The translations under genes were made by a program, and so were the position numbers. DNA of 64,000 nucleotides from assembly GCF_006345805.1 (NCBI RefSeq), contig NC_043011.1, positions 1,984,001 to 2,048,000 on the forward strand, written 5' to 3'. The notes below the pieces were generated by a model. It saw nothing but the letters and a program-made list of their open reading frames with translations. It was not told where the DNA came from and made no database searches. This document shows positions 1 through 13,587 of this stretch, piece by piece (position 1 is the stretch's first letter; each line of letters opens with the position of its first letter). The DNA comes from Octopus sinensis. Lineage: Eukaryota.

Positions 1-447
1 GTTGCAAATACAATGAGCTCCTTGTTTATTAATTTCTTTTGAACAATATTGCTTGATTTTATTTCAGCTTATGTAATATTTAAGCTGCTCTTTGCAGTAC
101 TGTCAAATAAGTGTTACTTTTGTAAGAAGATAACCATTGATTATTTTTCACAAACAATTAAAGAAATCAATACCTGAATAGGCATCAAAAATCAGGGAAT
201 CTTGAGTGTATTTGTATAATGTGAAAATGTTTCTGTTGTGTGACAATATTTCAAAAAATTTTTTATCATTTCTGAATGTATATTTGCTTATTTGTGAAAA
301 TATTGCAAAAAAAGTGCTTGAAAGGTAATTGCATCAATCTCAGCACACTCAGTTTGAAATGGGTACTGAGGCTAAGTAATTAATCTTCTGGTTTTTATTA
401 TAAAATTTGGATTGTGTGTGTGGGTGTGAGTGCATGTGTGTGATTAT

Positions 448-1200
448 GTAGGCACAGGTGTGGCTGTGTGGTAAGAAGCTTGCTTCTCAACCACATGGTT
501 TTGGGTTCAGTCTCACTGTGGGGTACTTTGGGCAAGAGTCTTCAGCTATAGCCTCAGGCTGACCAGATGAAAACTGAAACAATTCTGTCATCATCATCAT
601 CATTGTTGTTTAACGTCTGCTTTCCATGCTGGCATGGGTTGGATGGTTTCACTGAGAACTGGCAAGCTGAGAGGCTGCACCAGACTCCAATCAGATTTGA
701 CAAGGTTTCTACAGCTTCCTAAAGCCAACTACTCTGAGAGTGTAGTGGGCACTTTTACATGCCACCAGCATGGGTGCCAGTCAGGTGGCTCTAGGCTCAG
801 CCACAACTATGATTTCACTCGGTTCAACAGGTCTTCACAAGCACCGCATATTGCCCAATGATTGAAAGGTGCTTTTAAATGGGCCAGTTATGCGACACTA
901 TATATGTTATATATATATATGTATGTATATATATATATGTACATATGCATATATATATGTTTGTATGCCTATTTTTATGTGTGTGTGTCTTTGTGTCTGT
1001 GTTTGTCCCTCATCACTGCTTGACAAGCACTGTTGGTGTGTTTATGTTCCCATAATTTAGCGGTTCAGCAAAAGAGATTGATGGAATAAATACCAGGCTT
1101 TAAAAATAGATATAAGTCCTGGGGTCGATGTGTTTGACTAAAAGCCTTTCAAGATGGTGCTCCAGCAGTCAAATAGCTGAAACAAGTAAAAGAGAAAAGA
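448..1200 (+). mobile_element. tRNA-derived SINE family A, interrupted by a family C SINE
   Basis: Head ggcacaggtgtggctgtgtggtaagaagc...ggttcagtc; internal (TA)n/(TG)n; 3' part matching copies at 24733 and 54846. Confidence 0.85.
588..895 (-). mobile_element. SINE family C (RTE-type 3' tail ending in (gat)n)
   Basis: (cat)n followed by gtttaacgtctgctttccatgctggcatggg, shared with seven other copies. Confidence 0.85.
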
Positions 1201-1909
1201 CAAAAATCTATGTACACGTGGGGTGTTCAGGCTAAAATTGACAGTTTGCATTAAAGGACAAGAAATGGCATTATCCCATCGAAGAATAAAAGTAGTTTAA
1301 AAAAATCCAAAAACATCAGCCTTATTATGGCTCAGAGATAAGATTACTCTAAGTAGCTTCCCTCTTTTCCAATACTTAGATGGCTTCCAGTCCTCCATAT
1401 CAGCTAAAATTTTCTCAATTGCAGCTTTAGTCTTCATGCTCTCCAATGCCATTAAAACTCTTTTTTATCAATTCATCAAGCCTTTCCTGTAAAAGTGAGA
1501 AAACCTTATATCTGACAAAGGCACACACACACACACACAAAACACATACACATATGACAAAGCCATGTGTATCTGCTCTGCTCAGATTACCTGATTGGTA
1601 AAACAAGTGTCACACTAGCTTGTGTGAGTGGTTTGTGTGAGTGGTTTGAAGTAGAAAATTTTCCCCATGCACCTTTCCTATTTCCTTACAAAATATATGA
1701 AAAATAATTGAATTATGAATTAGATGAGAAAGACTGCAAACATGAGTTACTGTAGAACAGTAAGATGTTGTTGTTATTGTTGTGGTTGTTATTTACTTCC
1801 CTATTAGCCCAGGCTTATCAGACCTGTGTATAATGGTACTCTAGTTGTGGCCAACAAGTGTTATTATTAAGATATTAGCCTGTGATTTGTGGGGGATGTA
1901 TTTGCTATT

Positions 1910-2330
1910 TCTTATTTCTTTATTGCCCACAAGGGGCTACACAGAGGGGACAAACAAGAACAGACAAACGGATTAAGTCGATTATATCGACCCCAGTGCA
2001 TAACTGGTACTTATTTAATCGACCCCGAAAGGATGAAAGGCTAAGTCGACCTCAGCGGAATTTGAACTCAGAATGTAAAGGCAGAAGAAATGCCTATTTC
2101 TTTACTACCTACAAGGGGCTAAACACAGAAGAGACAAACAAGGTCAGACAGATGGACTAAGTCGATTATATCGACCCCCAGTGTGTAACTGGTACTTAAT
2201 CTATCGACCCCAAAAGGATGAAAGGCAAAGTCGACCTCGGCGGAATTTGAACTCAGAACGTAATGGCAGACAAAATACCGTTAAGCATTTCGCCCGGCAT
2301 GCTAACATTTCTGCCAACTCGCCGCCTTAT
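1910..2330 (-). mobile_element. tRNA-derived SINE family B, tandem partial duplication
   Basis: Body tcgaccccgaaaggatgaaaggc..agtcgacctc occurs twice; A/B-box-like head on minus strand. Confidence 0.85.
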
Positions 2331-2556
2331 TTGCTATTTCTAGCAGGTTGAGGAACCTGCATCTCTACATAACACAGAATGGTCTGCATTTAAGTTAATG
2401 CATTAGAAATAAGTTATTGGTTGTATGAGGTAAATTGACAACTTTAGTGTACAAAGTTTGAATTCAGCGAATCAGTGAATCAATGGAAATATATTAGCAA
2501 CAATATTTTCTCTCAACTCTAACTGAAAATTAGACCTGTGTTCAATAATGAATATT

Positions 2557-2990
2557 GGTTTCAGTTTTGGCACAAGACCAGCATTTTGGGGGAAGGGGGA
2601 AGTCAATTACATTGACCTCCACCCCAGTGCTCAACAGGTATTTATTTTATCAACCCCAGAAGGATGAAAGGCAAAGTTGACCTTGGAAGAATTTGAATTC
2701 AAAATGTAAAGATGGATGAAATGTCTCTAAGCACTTTGCCCAGTGTGCTAACAATTCTGCCAGCTTGCTACCTTGACTGTAGCAAATATTGGTTTCAAAT
2801 TTTGGCACAAGGCCAGCAATTTCAGAGGCAGGAATAAATCAATTACATTGACATCAGTATTCAACTGACACTTATTTTATTGACCCTAAAAAGGATGAAA
2901 GACAAAGTCAGTCTCTGCAGAATTTGAACTCAGAACATAAAAAGATGGATGAAATACTGCTAAGCATTTTGCCTCTCAGTTTGCCACCTT
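2557..2990 (-). mobile_element. SINE family B, two older tandem copies
   Basis: Degenerate matches to family B body and head. Confidence 0.8.
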
Positions 2991-3002
2991 GACTGTAGTA
3001 AA

Positions 3003-3388
3003 TCATCATCATCATCATCATCATCGTTTAGCATCCGCTTTCCATGCTAGCATGGGTTGGATGGTTCAACTGGGGTCTGGGAAGCCAGAAGGCTGCACCA
3101 GGCTCCAGTCTGATCTGGCAATGTTTCTACGGCTGGATGCCCTTCCCAACGCCAACCACTCCGTGAGTGTAGTGGGTGCTTTTTACGTGCAACCAGCACA
3201 GGTGACAGACAAGGCTGGCAAACGACCACGGTCGGATGGTGCTTTTTACATGCCACCGGCACGGAGGCCAGGCGAGGCTGGCAACGGCCATGATCGGATG
3301 GTTCTCTTACGTGCCACTGGCACTGGTATCACAGCTACAATTTCCATTGATGTTGATCGATTTTGATTTTGATTTTGATTTTGATTAA
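3003..3388 (-). mobile_element. SINE family C
   Basis: (cat)n tail, internal ttttacgtgccaccggcac modules, (gatttt)n 5' end. Confidence 0.9.
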
Positions 3389-4379
3389 ATGTTAATAAAT
3401 ATAATCAATGAAGTAATTTATAAAAAATGTGAATGTGCTGAAGGACACATCAAATATTCTCAGTGAATGGAAATTTCCATCATAGTTGTGGAAAGGAAAC
3501 AAAACCCTAATGGTAATCATTAATGTTTTGTAATAAAAGATTTTTTTTAATCATGTTTGAGAGAAAAATCTGATCTTATCTTTGTTAGCTGTAGAATTGA
3601 CAAGAAAGTATGTGTTTTAGAATTACTGGATCTCCTCAGTGTAGCAGAATGAAATTGAATCCATTTGATCAATAGAGCAGTAAGTTTTTACACATAGTAC
3701 GTTGATTTTTGACCAGCAGTAAGTTGGTTAAGATTAAGCAAAATTGAGTAGATTTAGTATTTCTACACTTACTTGATTTATTAAGAATAAATATCATAGT
3801 CTTATTTGACCTATTTACTTTAGTACAATATTCAAATTTATTGTAGTTCAAAACATTCTCCTGATCCTTTTCTCTTCATGTAAACATTACTGTCAACCAA
3901 ATCAAGTTGATTCATGCTCACAATATTACAGCGGTGAGGTTCAGTAAGTTCGAAACATGTCCATTACTGTCACTATTTCTGCTTACAAATGTCAGAGTTT
4001 CCTTCGAGCATGATAATTAATTTCTTGAAATTAATTTTCATCTGATAGCATTGAAATGGCAATCCTCCAGATCAAAATTTTTGTTGGCTTCTTCATTCAA
4101 TACATATGATCAAAAGCACCCAGCTCACGAACTGTCTATCCTTTATTTTCTAATCATAGTGTACTTCAGATTATATTCTTCAATGTGACTATTAAAATTG
4201 TTGAAAAATTCCTTATGACATTTCCTTGTTAGAATTCGGAAACTGAAAGATAATGATTACTGAGAATAGTAATATTTCATTTAAAATATACATGCTGTAA
4301 ATATATCCTGTTATAGATATGATTTCAGTTGAACTCTTGGGAGATAAATGAACTCAGCAAAGAGATTCAGAGAAGAAAG

Positions 4380-5100
4380 ACTTTTGCATTATACTGCAAC
4401 GGCCTGCTTGTGTTGTGCTGAACTCATTGTTGATGATTATCAATGTTCTTTCACATTGATTACATTTTTGTCACACATTTGATGCACATATAATGAAAAG
4501 TCTCACAATCTTTTACTTTTCAGGCATAATGTATTTTGAATTATATCACGTGTACTTATCTAAACAAAATATGGATTGTATGATGTAGGTTTTTGTACAA
4601 CTGCGAATAGGAATGTTTCGGCAATTGAGGGGGGAGGAGAATTAAAAGAATGAAATTTAGAAGACCTTTTGCAGAGTCAAATGAAACTTTGAAACATTGA
4701 ATTACAATCCCTATTGTTGACAGACACTCATAGTTGGATTTACTTGATCAAACAAGGTTGCAGATTTCAAAAAAGAGAAATAGTTGCGACCACATACAAG
4801 CAAACGAAATGGTCGGGATAAAAAAATTTATGTAAAATTGCTGAAGTGTACTGGGAAAGGCTGACAATGGACTAAAGTGTCTCTTATTTTTCTTGGGTGG
4901 GGTATCAGTGTTCTAAAAGCCGAAGGAGGAAAGTCTTGATTTAAAAAGAATTGTAATCTTCTTTTAGAATGTAGTTGAAAAAAAGGCAAGAAAAATGTTA
5001 CAAACAAAATATGTGGTGTAGTATTAAAAGTTTGAAGATCTTTTGATGGGGCAGAATTGTAATATCTGTTGTTGAAAACGTGGAAATTCAAAGGAGTATT
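4380..5100 (-). mobile_element. Highly degenerate Penelope-like element (linker/GIY-YIG region)
   Basis: Minus-strand peptides RKIRDTLVHC, VCGRN and RSCTKTYIIQSIFC resemble the PLE motifs RNLRDxLV and FTCTSSNVIYCISC; many stops and frameshifts. Confidence 0.45.
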
Positions 5101-5802
5101 GTTATTAAAAAAATTACAGGTGACATTGACAATAAGACATGTCTACCATTTTAGTTCATTGTCAGTGTAGATTATTAGTTTAGAAGATTTACCTTATGAA
5201 TTGCTATGAAAGAAAATTATCATAGCAGACCTCTTCAATTTATCATCTTATACCTGATGTTCCCCAAAATAACCTTATATTTAAATATTCAAAAACTAAA
5301 AGCTGACATTTTAAGTATAATACAAAATATATCCATAAACATGTCAACCATAGTTAACTCGGAGTTTGAGATAATTTTGTGCATCATGCCTTTTAATTCA
5401 GTCACTGCTGTTTAGGCTCAGTATGACAATTCTGATAGAGAATCTAAGCTTTTATTTGTTATCATTCATTGAATATAATTATGATTGGATTTAAAACCCA
5501 ACTATATAAAAAAAATCATCCATTTGGATTTGCAAAATAAAAATTGACCCCTATATTAAGCAGTGTCACAAGCTTTAAAATTCAGGCTTACAGGGTTACT
5601 TATTGACGCATTTAGGGTTTTTATTAGAAAAGAATATTCTTTATCAACTCAAGAAATTTTATATATTTGATTTACTTCTTTACATTATGTTTATGTGAAT
5701 TGTGGTTTTCTTCACTCACGAGCATTTAAAAGTTACTTCTAAATAAAAGTGGTTTATGAATAAACAAGTATACATTTATTTAAAAGTCATCTTATTTCTT
5801 TA

Positions 5803-6027
5803 CTACCCATAAGGGGCTAAACACAGAGGGGACAAACAAGGACAGAATAAGGGATTAAATTGATTACATCGACCTCAGTGCATAACTGGTACTTAATTTA
5901 CTGACCCTGAAAGGACGAAAGGAAAAGTCGACCTCGGCGGAATTCGAACTCAGAATGGAACGGCAGATGAAATACTGCTAAGCATTTCGCCCGGCCATGC
6001 TCAAATTTCTGCCAGCTTGCCGCCTTT
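5803..6027 (-). mobile_element. SINE family B
   Basis: Near full-length match to family B. Confidence 0.85.
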
Positions 6028-6307
6028 TTTAAAAGTCATCTTAACAGAAGACTTCACAAAAGGGCATCAACCATATGTTTCTCATCGATAATGGCTTCAT
6101 ATGTTGAATAAAGAAGTTAAGTACTTGGCACATATTAGATGAGTTTTGCTCAGTTAACTCTGTTTTGATTCTTTGAGCATCTGAGCATAAAATCTGTAAT
6201 CTGATTCTCTTATAAGCGAAACAATTACCTATATAAAATATACACACTACACTTTCTTAAATACCAAGAGCCTTATTTTGTATTCATAAACATTTTTCTT
6301 CCACACA

Positions 6308-6364
<57 letters not shown>

Positions 6365-8648
6365 TCATCTGTTTTTACTTAGTGCATTGAAATAATTTAT
6401 TTGCTCTTAAAATTTGCTGCTAAAAATGTTTGGGAACAACTGCTCTAGACTTTCCTTGTAGATCCTCATTTTAGATGTCCAGTGTAGACGACAGATGGGG
6501 GAAGCTTTGCAGTAACAAGGGTGAACTGCGAATGCATAAAACCCTGTGGTATTGCATTTGCGCTGAAATTATATACATTATAAATGATATAAATTAATGC
6601 AATGTTCTTTAGCTCATAGGAATGCAGTTTAAATTATTGTTTTGGTTTTAATAGGGAATCTTAGAAATGTTATCTGTAGGTAGTTTCAAACTTGAATGAT
6701 TGACCATCAGCTGTGTACCTCTCTCTAAATAGACAATCGTCACTACAGACAACTCAGCAGGCTATCATCCCTGTACATTATCACTTTGAACCAACATTGC
6801 TATAGACTCTCTTTATAGCAATGACGTAGGTCATCACTCTAAGATAACATTACTGTAGACCATCATCACTATGTAACATCATTACTATATGCCATCAACC
6901 ATACTGACCAACATTTTCAAATCAGTTTCTGCCAGAGCCTTCTTTAAGAAATGTTCAGTAAGAAGCCATTGGGAGAATTGTTTGAAATAGTCCTATTTTG
7001 ATTAATTAACAGCAAAATCATTTTTGGCATGTTTTTTTTTATTTAATTTTATATTTGTAATTTTTATATGCAGGCATGGTCATGTGGTTAAGAAATTCAG
7101 CTCATAATAATGTAGTTTTGGGGTCAATCCTTCATTTATTTCCAGGTAAATGTAAAGTTTGTGAAAAGCTCATTGTGTGTATGAGTATGAATATTAAATG
7201 TGTGCATTTGTGTTTGTCTCTTACAATTGGTACAAATTCTGCATTGGATTGTGTGTCTGAAAATTTGAGTTTCAGCAAAAGAAACTGACGGATTAGTTAC
7301 TTGACTTAAATTAAGTACTGACATCCCTAAAATACATTTATATGGAAAATATTCAACAATTTTGATATGCTTCTAAATTGATTATTATCTGCAGCTTGCA
7401 TATTCAACAGCCTGTCTTTAACTTTGGTGAGTGTTTATCACATTCAGTTCTACTTCGGAAATATTTAGCAAATGCAAGTTGCATGGAGAGAGATAATGGT
7501 AATTTGACAGTTTCAAACTCTATGAAACAAATTGATTGAGTAACAATTGGAACATAGTCATGGATAATATCCTCATTATCTATCAAATAGTGAGTAGTCG
7601 GATTGTCCCACCACCATCAGCGATTTTTGGTAATTGATATAATAGGACGCATATTTGATACATTTACTGAAACATTATAGGACTGCCTTTTCAAAATCCA
7701 TGATTCTTGTCATTCCTGTTTATACTCACTGAATAATAACCGAAATAATATACACACAGGAAATAAGCTCTGACACAGAATGTCTCTTTAAAACTAGAAT
7801 ACAATAATTTAAGATGACTACAATGATAATTCTTCTTCAGAGAAGTAATTATCACATTCACAAAATAGCTGGACGATAAGATTAGAAAAAGTTCTGTTGG
7901 TCACTATTCGCCAAATGAAAGGCCAACATACTGATAACTTTGTGGTTTATTTGGCTCTTTCCTGTTTGTTTCGTGTTGTTTTTAATTTCTGCTTTGGCTG
8001 GTTTTCAGATTCAAGCACTCAGTTTACAAGTCTTAAATATGTTGGTTAGTCATGGTTCCATGTGAATTAGATGTATTATAGATATTAGTTTTCACTTGAT
8101 TAATGGTTGCTGTTCTATTAAGAGAGAGCACTGACCCTTTTCCAGGAAATATTAATAACCAATTAACCAATCCTGTCCAATATCTATTTTTGCATTGAAG
8201 TTAACATGCTTGTATACATATTTACAAATACATAAGGATTTATATATAGCTTTATGTGCATACATTTATGTATCTATATATGTATATGCATATGTGCGTA
8301 CATGCACTTGTATTTACAGGGTAAAACTTTTCTTATAACATACTTTATTGAAAATGAGAATATATTTGGGTTTCAATTTTTTTAATCAAAGATTTTTCGT
8401 ATTTCTTTATTGGTACTTTATGTTTAGTTTTGAGTAATAGCATTCTTAATTCCATCAATATTTTGAGATGCCCCATCTTCTATAGGAAGTGGTGGTGGTG
8501 ACATTTTACTACCGCATTTTGTGTTAGGCAGCAAGGTATCATGGAAATGGCTATGGAAGTTAAAATTCATGATAACTATTACTTTCATATGGCTTGTATG
8601 TGTCTACGTGTGTATTGATATATTCATGTGTGTGTATGTATATAAATA

Positions 8649-8689
<41 letters not shown>

Positions 8690-8729
8690 ATGTATGTATA
8701 TACATATATATATATGTAGTTGAAATTTT

Positions 8730-10550
8730 TTGAAAAACAAAAGATGAAGACAGGTGTATGAACAACAAGCAAGTGTATTAGTTTGATATGCAGGAAAAAT
8801 GAAATACTCTTATGTTTTGAGCCTATGCTCTTCAGCAAAAAGGAATAAGAGAAAATAAACAGAGAGAGAATAAAAAAAAAACTTGTGAATTTCAGTGGAC
8901 CAACATGGCAAATGATTGGAAAAAAGTGGTTCAAAGAAAGGGAGATAATAAGAAAAAAGGCAGTTGAATGAAAGGGAGATAATAAAGTACTAGTGATCCC
9001 AACAAGAGAGGGTACGCATGCATGTATGTGTATGTGAGAGTGTGTGTGCATGAATAGAGGCGTATGAGGCTAATGTGTGTGAGTGTGTGCATGTGTAACA
9101 TGTGTGTATGTGTGTGTGTGTGTGTGTGTGTTGTGTGTAGTAGTTGATATATGCTTTTTCACGTGGAGTGTGCACATGTGTCTGTGACCAAACAGTGTGC
9201 ATGTGTATGGTGTATATATGTGGGCGAAAGTTATCTTTATCTATGTATATGGTGTGTGTTAATGACTGTTTCATGTGTATGTATACATAGTCTGTGTTCA
9301 GGTATTATGTGCTTGTGTATGTGTGGGATTGTTCATGGTGTGTGGTGTTTGCACTGAGTTAAACAGTGTGTGGCTGCTTATATAATGGTATGTGTAGCGA
9401 TGCTATTGAAGATTGTGTGTGGGTGTGTGGATGATGTTGTGCATTGTGTGTAGTCAGTGCTAGTGTGTGTGGAGTGGAGTGGTGTGGTGTTGGTATCAAG
9501 TGAGGAGAGGAGGTGAGGTTTGTGTCAGATGTAGAGAGGAGGTGAGTTGAGCCCATCTGGTGCAAAGAGCAGATTAATTCCTGTTTATGATGAAGGCGTG
9601 AGTCCAGATAGCCCCTGTGCAAAGACAGTCTGAACACAGACAGATGTTGTTATGAATGATCAGTAGAGAGGAAATGGTGCAAGACCAGGCTGTCATTGCT
9701 GAGTCTGATGACTCAGAAGTGCTCCACGAACTGGTCATCAAGGTGGCATCCCGTTTGACCAATGTACAGGGAAGGACAGTGCGAGCAGGAGATGCAGTAA
9801 ATAACATTACTAGAAGTTCAGGTAAAGGAGTCGGTGATGTGATAGGGGTGATGTTGGGTGCCTGTGAGGATGGTGGTGTTGGAGAGGTAGGGGAAGCTGC
9901 AACAGTGTGGGCAGGAGCAGGGGAATGAGCTAGGCTGGGAAGTGGGGTTAGGGAAGAAAATGTGGACTAGGCAGTCATGCAAGTTATGGGCTCATTTGAA
10001 GGAGGGAAGGGGTAGGTTGGGGAAGATGTGTGAAGTGGGGGATTGGACTGGAGTCGCTGGAAGTGCATTGGAGGGGTAGGGTGGAGGGGTGGTAAATGAG
10101 TGGAAATGAGAGATGAGCAATAGTGGGCTGGGTGCAAGGGGAAAGAGCAGAGGCATGGTCCACAGATTGTACCCTGGCAAGAGCAGTGTGGATAGTGGTG
10201 AGGTGATATCCACGTAGGATGGTAAGCCATGAGTTGAGACTGAGTCTCAAAATCAAGGTTATCACTGCAGATCCTGCACAGATGAAGGAATTGAGAATAG
10301 GGGATGGAGAGCTTGGTGTGGGTAGGGTGGGAGGATGAGAAGTTAAGGTAGGAGTGTGAGTCAGTGTGTCTGTAGTGGATGGTGGTAGTGAGAGTAGAGT
10401 GGTGTATTCTGAAAGAAATGTCAAGAAATTCGATGGAGATAGTGCAAGAGAATTTGAGGGCTGGATGGAAGTATTGGACAAAAGGAGCCTAGTTGTTTGT
10501 GGAGAGTGAAGTGGTGCTGATACAGTCATTGATATAACTACTGTATATGT
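8730..10550 (-). mobile_element. 5'-truncated Penelope-like element (Neptune-like) with downstream pseudo-LTR
   Basis: Minus-strand peptides HYRHTDSHSYLNFSSSHPTHTKLSIPYSQFLHLCRICSD (RT thumb) and DSFT*TSSNVIYCISCSHCPSLYIGQTGCHLDDQFVEH (GIY-YIG); pLTR-like segment 8730-8950 with a decayed HHR-like motif. Confidence 0.85.
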
Positions 10551-10712
10551 ATGTATGTATACACACACACACACACACATATATATATCGTGAAGTTTAT
10601 TTGCCACTTAAATGTGGCTAACCCTTAAGGGTGGATGCTACTGTAGCTTGTAGCCCCAGGATGACACCTCCTCTAGCTGGCTATTGACACACTTTCTGTG
10701 CCCTATCAATAT

Positions 10713-10788
10713 TTGCAAAGGGAAGCCATCCTTCCCATCCTCAAGCTGACATGATACTGAAGATTGGAAGGATGGCTTCCCTTTGCAA
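10713..10788. repeat. Short hairpin with a perfect 23-bp stem
   Basis: ttgcaaagggaagccatccttcc (10713-10735) is the exact reverse complement of 10766-10788. Confidence 0.9.
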
Positions 10789-10796
10789 GGGATTTA

Positions 10797-10841
<45 letters not shown>

Positions 10842-11874
10842 TATATTATATTATATGTAAATTATTATGGTGGCTATTTGCAATCAACAGAACAAATATG
10901 TACAGAAGAATAAGCTCATTACTGTGTTATATTCAATTTATGCAAATGGTCAGTGGCTGATATTTCGGTGCAACAAATGCCAAACCCACAGCACTGAAAC
11001 CAAGAAATAAGCTGCAATTAAGAGAAAGATGAAATAAGTTATATCAAGTTATCGTGTGTAATTCTATGACCCAATCATGATGTCTTACTGTCAGTAAGCC
11101 TTTGTAACTTGAAAATGTCCAAACAGGCTTTCATTCAGAAATTCCTGTGCAGAGAAATATCTTCCAATTATAAAGTCTACAACTATTATGAAGGTTTCGC
11201 CTATTATGCCACTCTGATAATACTCCTGATGTGAACCTATTATTTTTTCATTCTTCTCATTTTAAAGATAGTATGCAAATAATGATCTCTCTCTCTCTCA
11301 CTCTCTCTAACTCTCTGTCTTTCTTTCTCCATACACCCCAATAGTTGGCCCAGTGATTTAATCTGCAATTCATATCTGTAATACAAAATGCTTATAAGAA
11401 CGGATAAATAGTTATGATAATGAGAAAGAGGTGGAGGTACGTATATCCTCCACTGATGCTTTGACTATATTGATAGATCAAGGAAAAGACAGATATAAAA
11501 ACAAAGCATCTGAAAACTTGAGAGAAGGAGAGAGAGAGAAATCGAAGGAAGATGGCTCATTATTTAAACAATAACAGCTTTGAAAGGAGGGGGCAACATG
11601 CAACATTTATGTGATGCTGGTAGAAGAGACATGTTAAGTAATGCAAATCATTATAATATTAAGCATGATAATATGGAACATATCTGTCATTCATACGAGG
11701 AAGAATTTCTGAATGAAAGCCTTTATGGTCATTTCCATGTCACAAAAGATTGCCAAAAGAAAGACTCCTTCATTGGACAATGGAATTTCACCTAATGATT
11801 TAATATGATTTTTTTTTTGTTGATAATCTTGTTTTGTTTTGTTTTTCTTTTAGTTAACACAAAGTTGATGTGTA

Positions 11875-12180
11875 GTCATCATCATCATCCTCATTGTTTA
11901 ACGTCCGCTTTCTATGCTAGCATGGGTTGGACGATTTTGACTGAGGGCTGGCAAACCAGATGGTTGCACCAGGCTCCAATCTTGATTTGGCAGAGTTTCT
12001 ACAGCTGGATGCCCTTCCTAACGCCAGCCACTCTGAGAGTGTTGTAGGTGCTTTTTACGTGCCACCGGCACAAGGGCCAGTCAGGTGGTACTGGCAATGA
12101 CCTTGCCCAAATCCTTTTACACATGCCACCAGCACAGGTGCCAGTAAGGCGACTTTGGTAACGATCACGCTTGAAATCCA
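11875..12180 (-). mobile_element. SINE family C
   Basis: (cat)n tail plus family C body. Confidence 0.9.
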
Positions 12181-13178
12181 CAAAAAAACATATTTGTAAA
12201 GTAAGAGATATTTCTTACTGAAAGCAACTCAAAATTTTTTAGGGAGAAGTAAAATAAGACAGAATTTTCTATAATATATTACAGGTACATATTTAATCAA
12301 TTTAGTATAGAAGAAGCCATTGAAGAAACTGGTAAATGGACCAGCCATTATGAGGTCAATCTGCGAACTAGAAACATTAGCCAAATATCTCTCAAATCAT
12401 AGTTACCTTTCCAAAAACGGAAGTTTGTATTTAGTGATGTAGTTCTGGATACATTATATGTGAAAAGCAGGAATGAATAGTCAGAGCTTTGATAATGAGG
12501 CAGCTCAACTAATGCTGCTTTGGGGCTAAGTAAGTAGCAGCAATCTAGAATAGATACAGGTTAATACACTCTTATGGGAATTTGATCTAACAGAAGACAG
12601 AATGGTGACTATATACTATTATAGCCTTGTGTCCAACACAACTATTTCTGCTAATTTACTCTGCTTTTCAAAATAGAAGATACTGTGACCTTAACAATGT
12701 CATGTTTTCATGAGTTGCTCCACATGGTCACAGTAGTAGTGAAATTTCTTTCAAACCACCCTCCGTCACTTTAAACAGGAAAGAACACATAAATAATATA
12801 ACCCTACATACAAATAAAAGAATGAGATGGTCATATGTTACATAATCAGATTTTCCTCAAATAAACAACAACATCCATTAAATGATGGAAGGATGTCTTC
12901 TAACTGGAGACCTGGTCAGAGTGCCTGTAAGAGACTCGAGTGTGCTAAAATTACCCAAGATACCAAGTAGTAATGTTAAGCAGAGCAACTGATTAAGTAG
13001 CTATAGCAAGACTTGAACCTAGAATGCAGAGGATCGGAACAATGTCGGCATCCAGTCTAGCTGTAATAATGTTGGACTGGATACCAAAATTATTGTAAGA
13101 CATTTTACTTGATAATCTAACAACTCTGCTTATTCACCACACAAATATAACAATAATAATTGTTTATATAAAACTTTT

Positions 13179-13587
13179 GGATCTTTTCGGTTTGAACGGC
13201 AGTTTTTAACATAATTTCTAGGCAACTAAAAAATTTTAAACTTCATATACTGGTAGAATGTGTTTATAAAACATCTTTTTCTCTTGGCTTTATTGAGAAA
13301 ATTCTATAGTTTGTAAGATATTTCTTGTTTTTTTCTTCAATTTCTGCAATTTCAACCAATCACAGACATCCATTGAGTTAAAAAGCATTCTGTGCCGTAT
13401 GAACATGTCCCTCGTTTAAGAAACAGATTGGGTTTATTTACATTTGTGAAGAAAAAAAGATACCCTTCCCCCACCCCTAACCCTAAAAGAGATTGAAATG
13501 CAATAGATCGATACTAGGGTCATAATTATGGGTGACAATTTCATATGACACCACTAGAAAAGACTGCCGTTCAAACTGAAAAGATCC
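13179..13587. mobile_element. MITE with ~29-bp TIRs, 8-bp TSD and internal (CCCTAA)2
   Basis: TIR ggatcttttcggtttgaacggcagttttt / aaaagactgccgttcaaactgaaaagatcc; TSD aaactttt / aaacttct; second copy at 56103. Confidence 0.9.

Noticed and set aside
2989-3366. Recurrent 'MGW...LHQAQSDLAVFLRLDALPNANH' ORFs (also 634, 32470, 33468, 55669, 62011)
   Set aside because: These are incidental frames of SINE family C with inconsistent starts and stops between copies.
4524-4584. Plus-strand exon candidate GIMYFELYHVYLSKQNMD
   Set aside because: It overlaps the antisense strand of a putative PLE GIY-YIG fossil, has an ambiguous donor, and is no more GC-rich than its flanks.
7404-7586. Minus ORF with LPLSLSMQLAFAK, faintly like PIF1/Helitron helicase
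   Set aside because: The following TIHKSQG-type motif is not recognisable; too weak to call.
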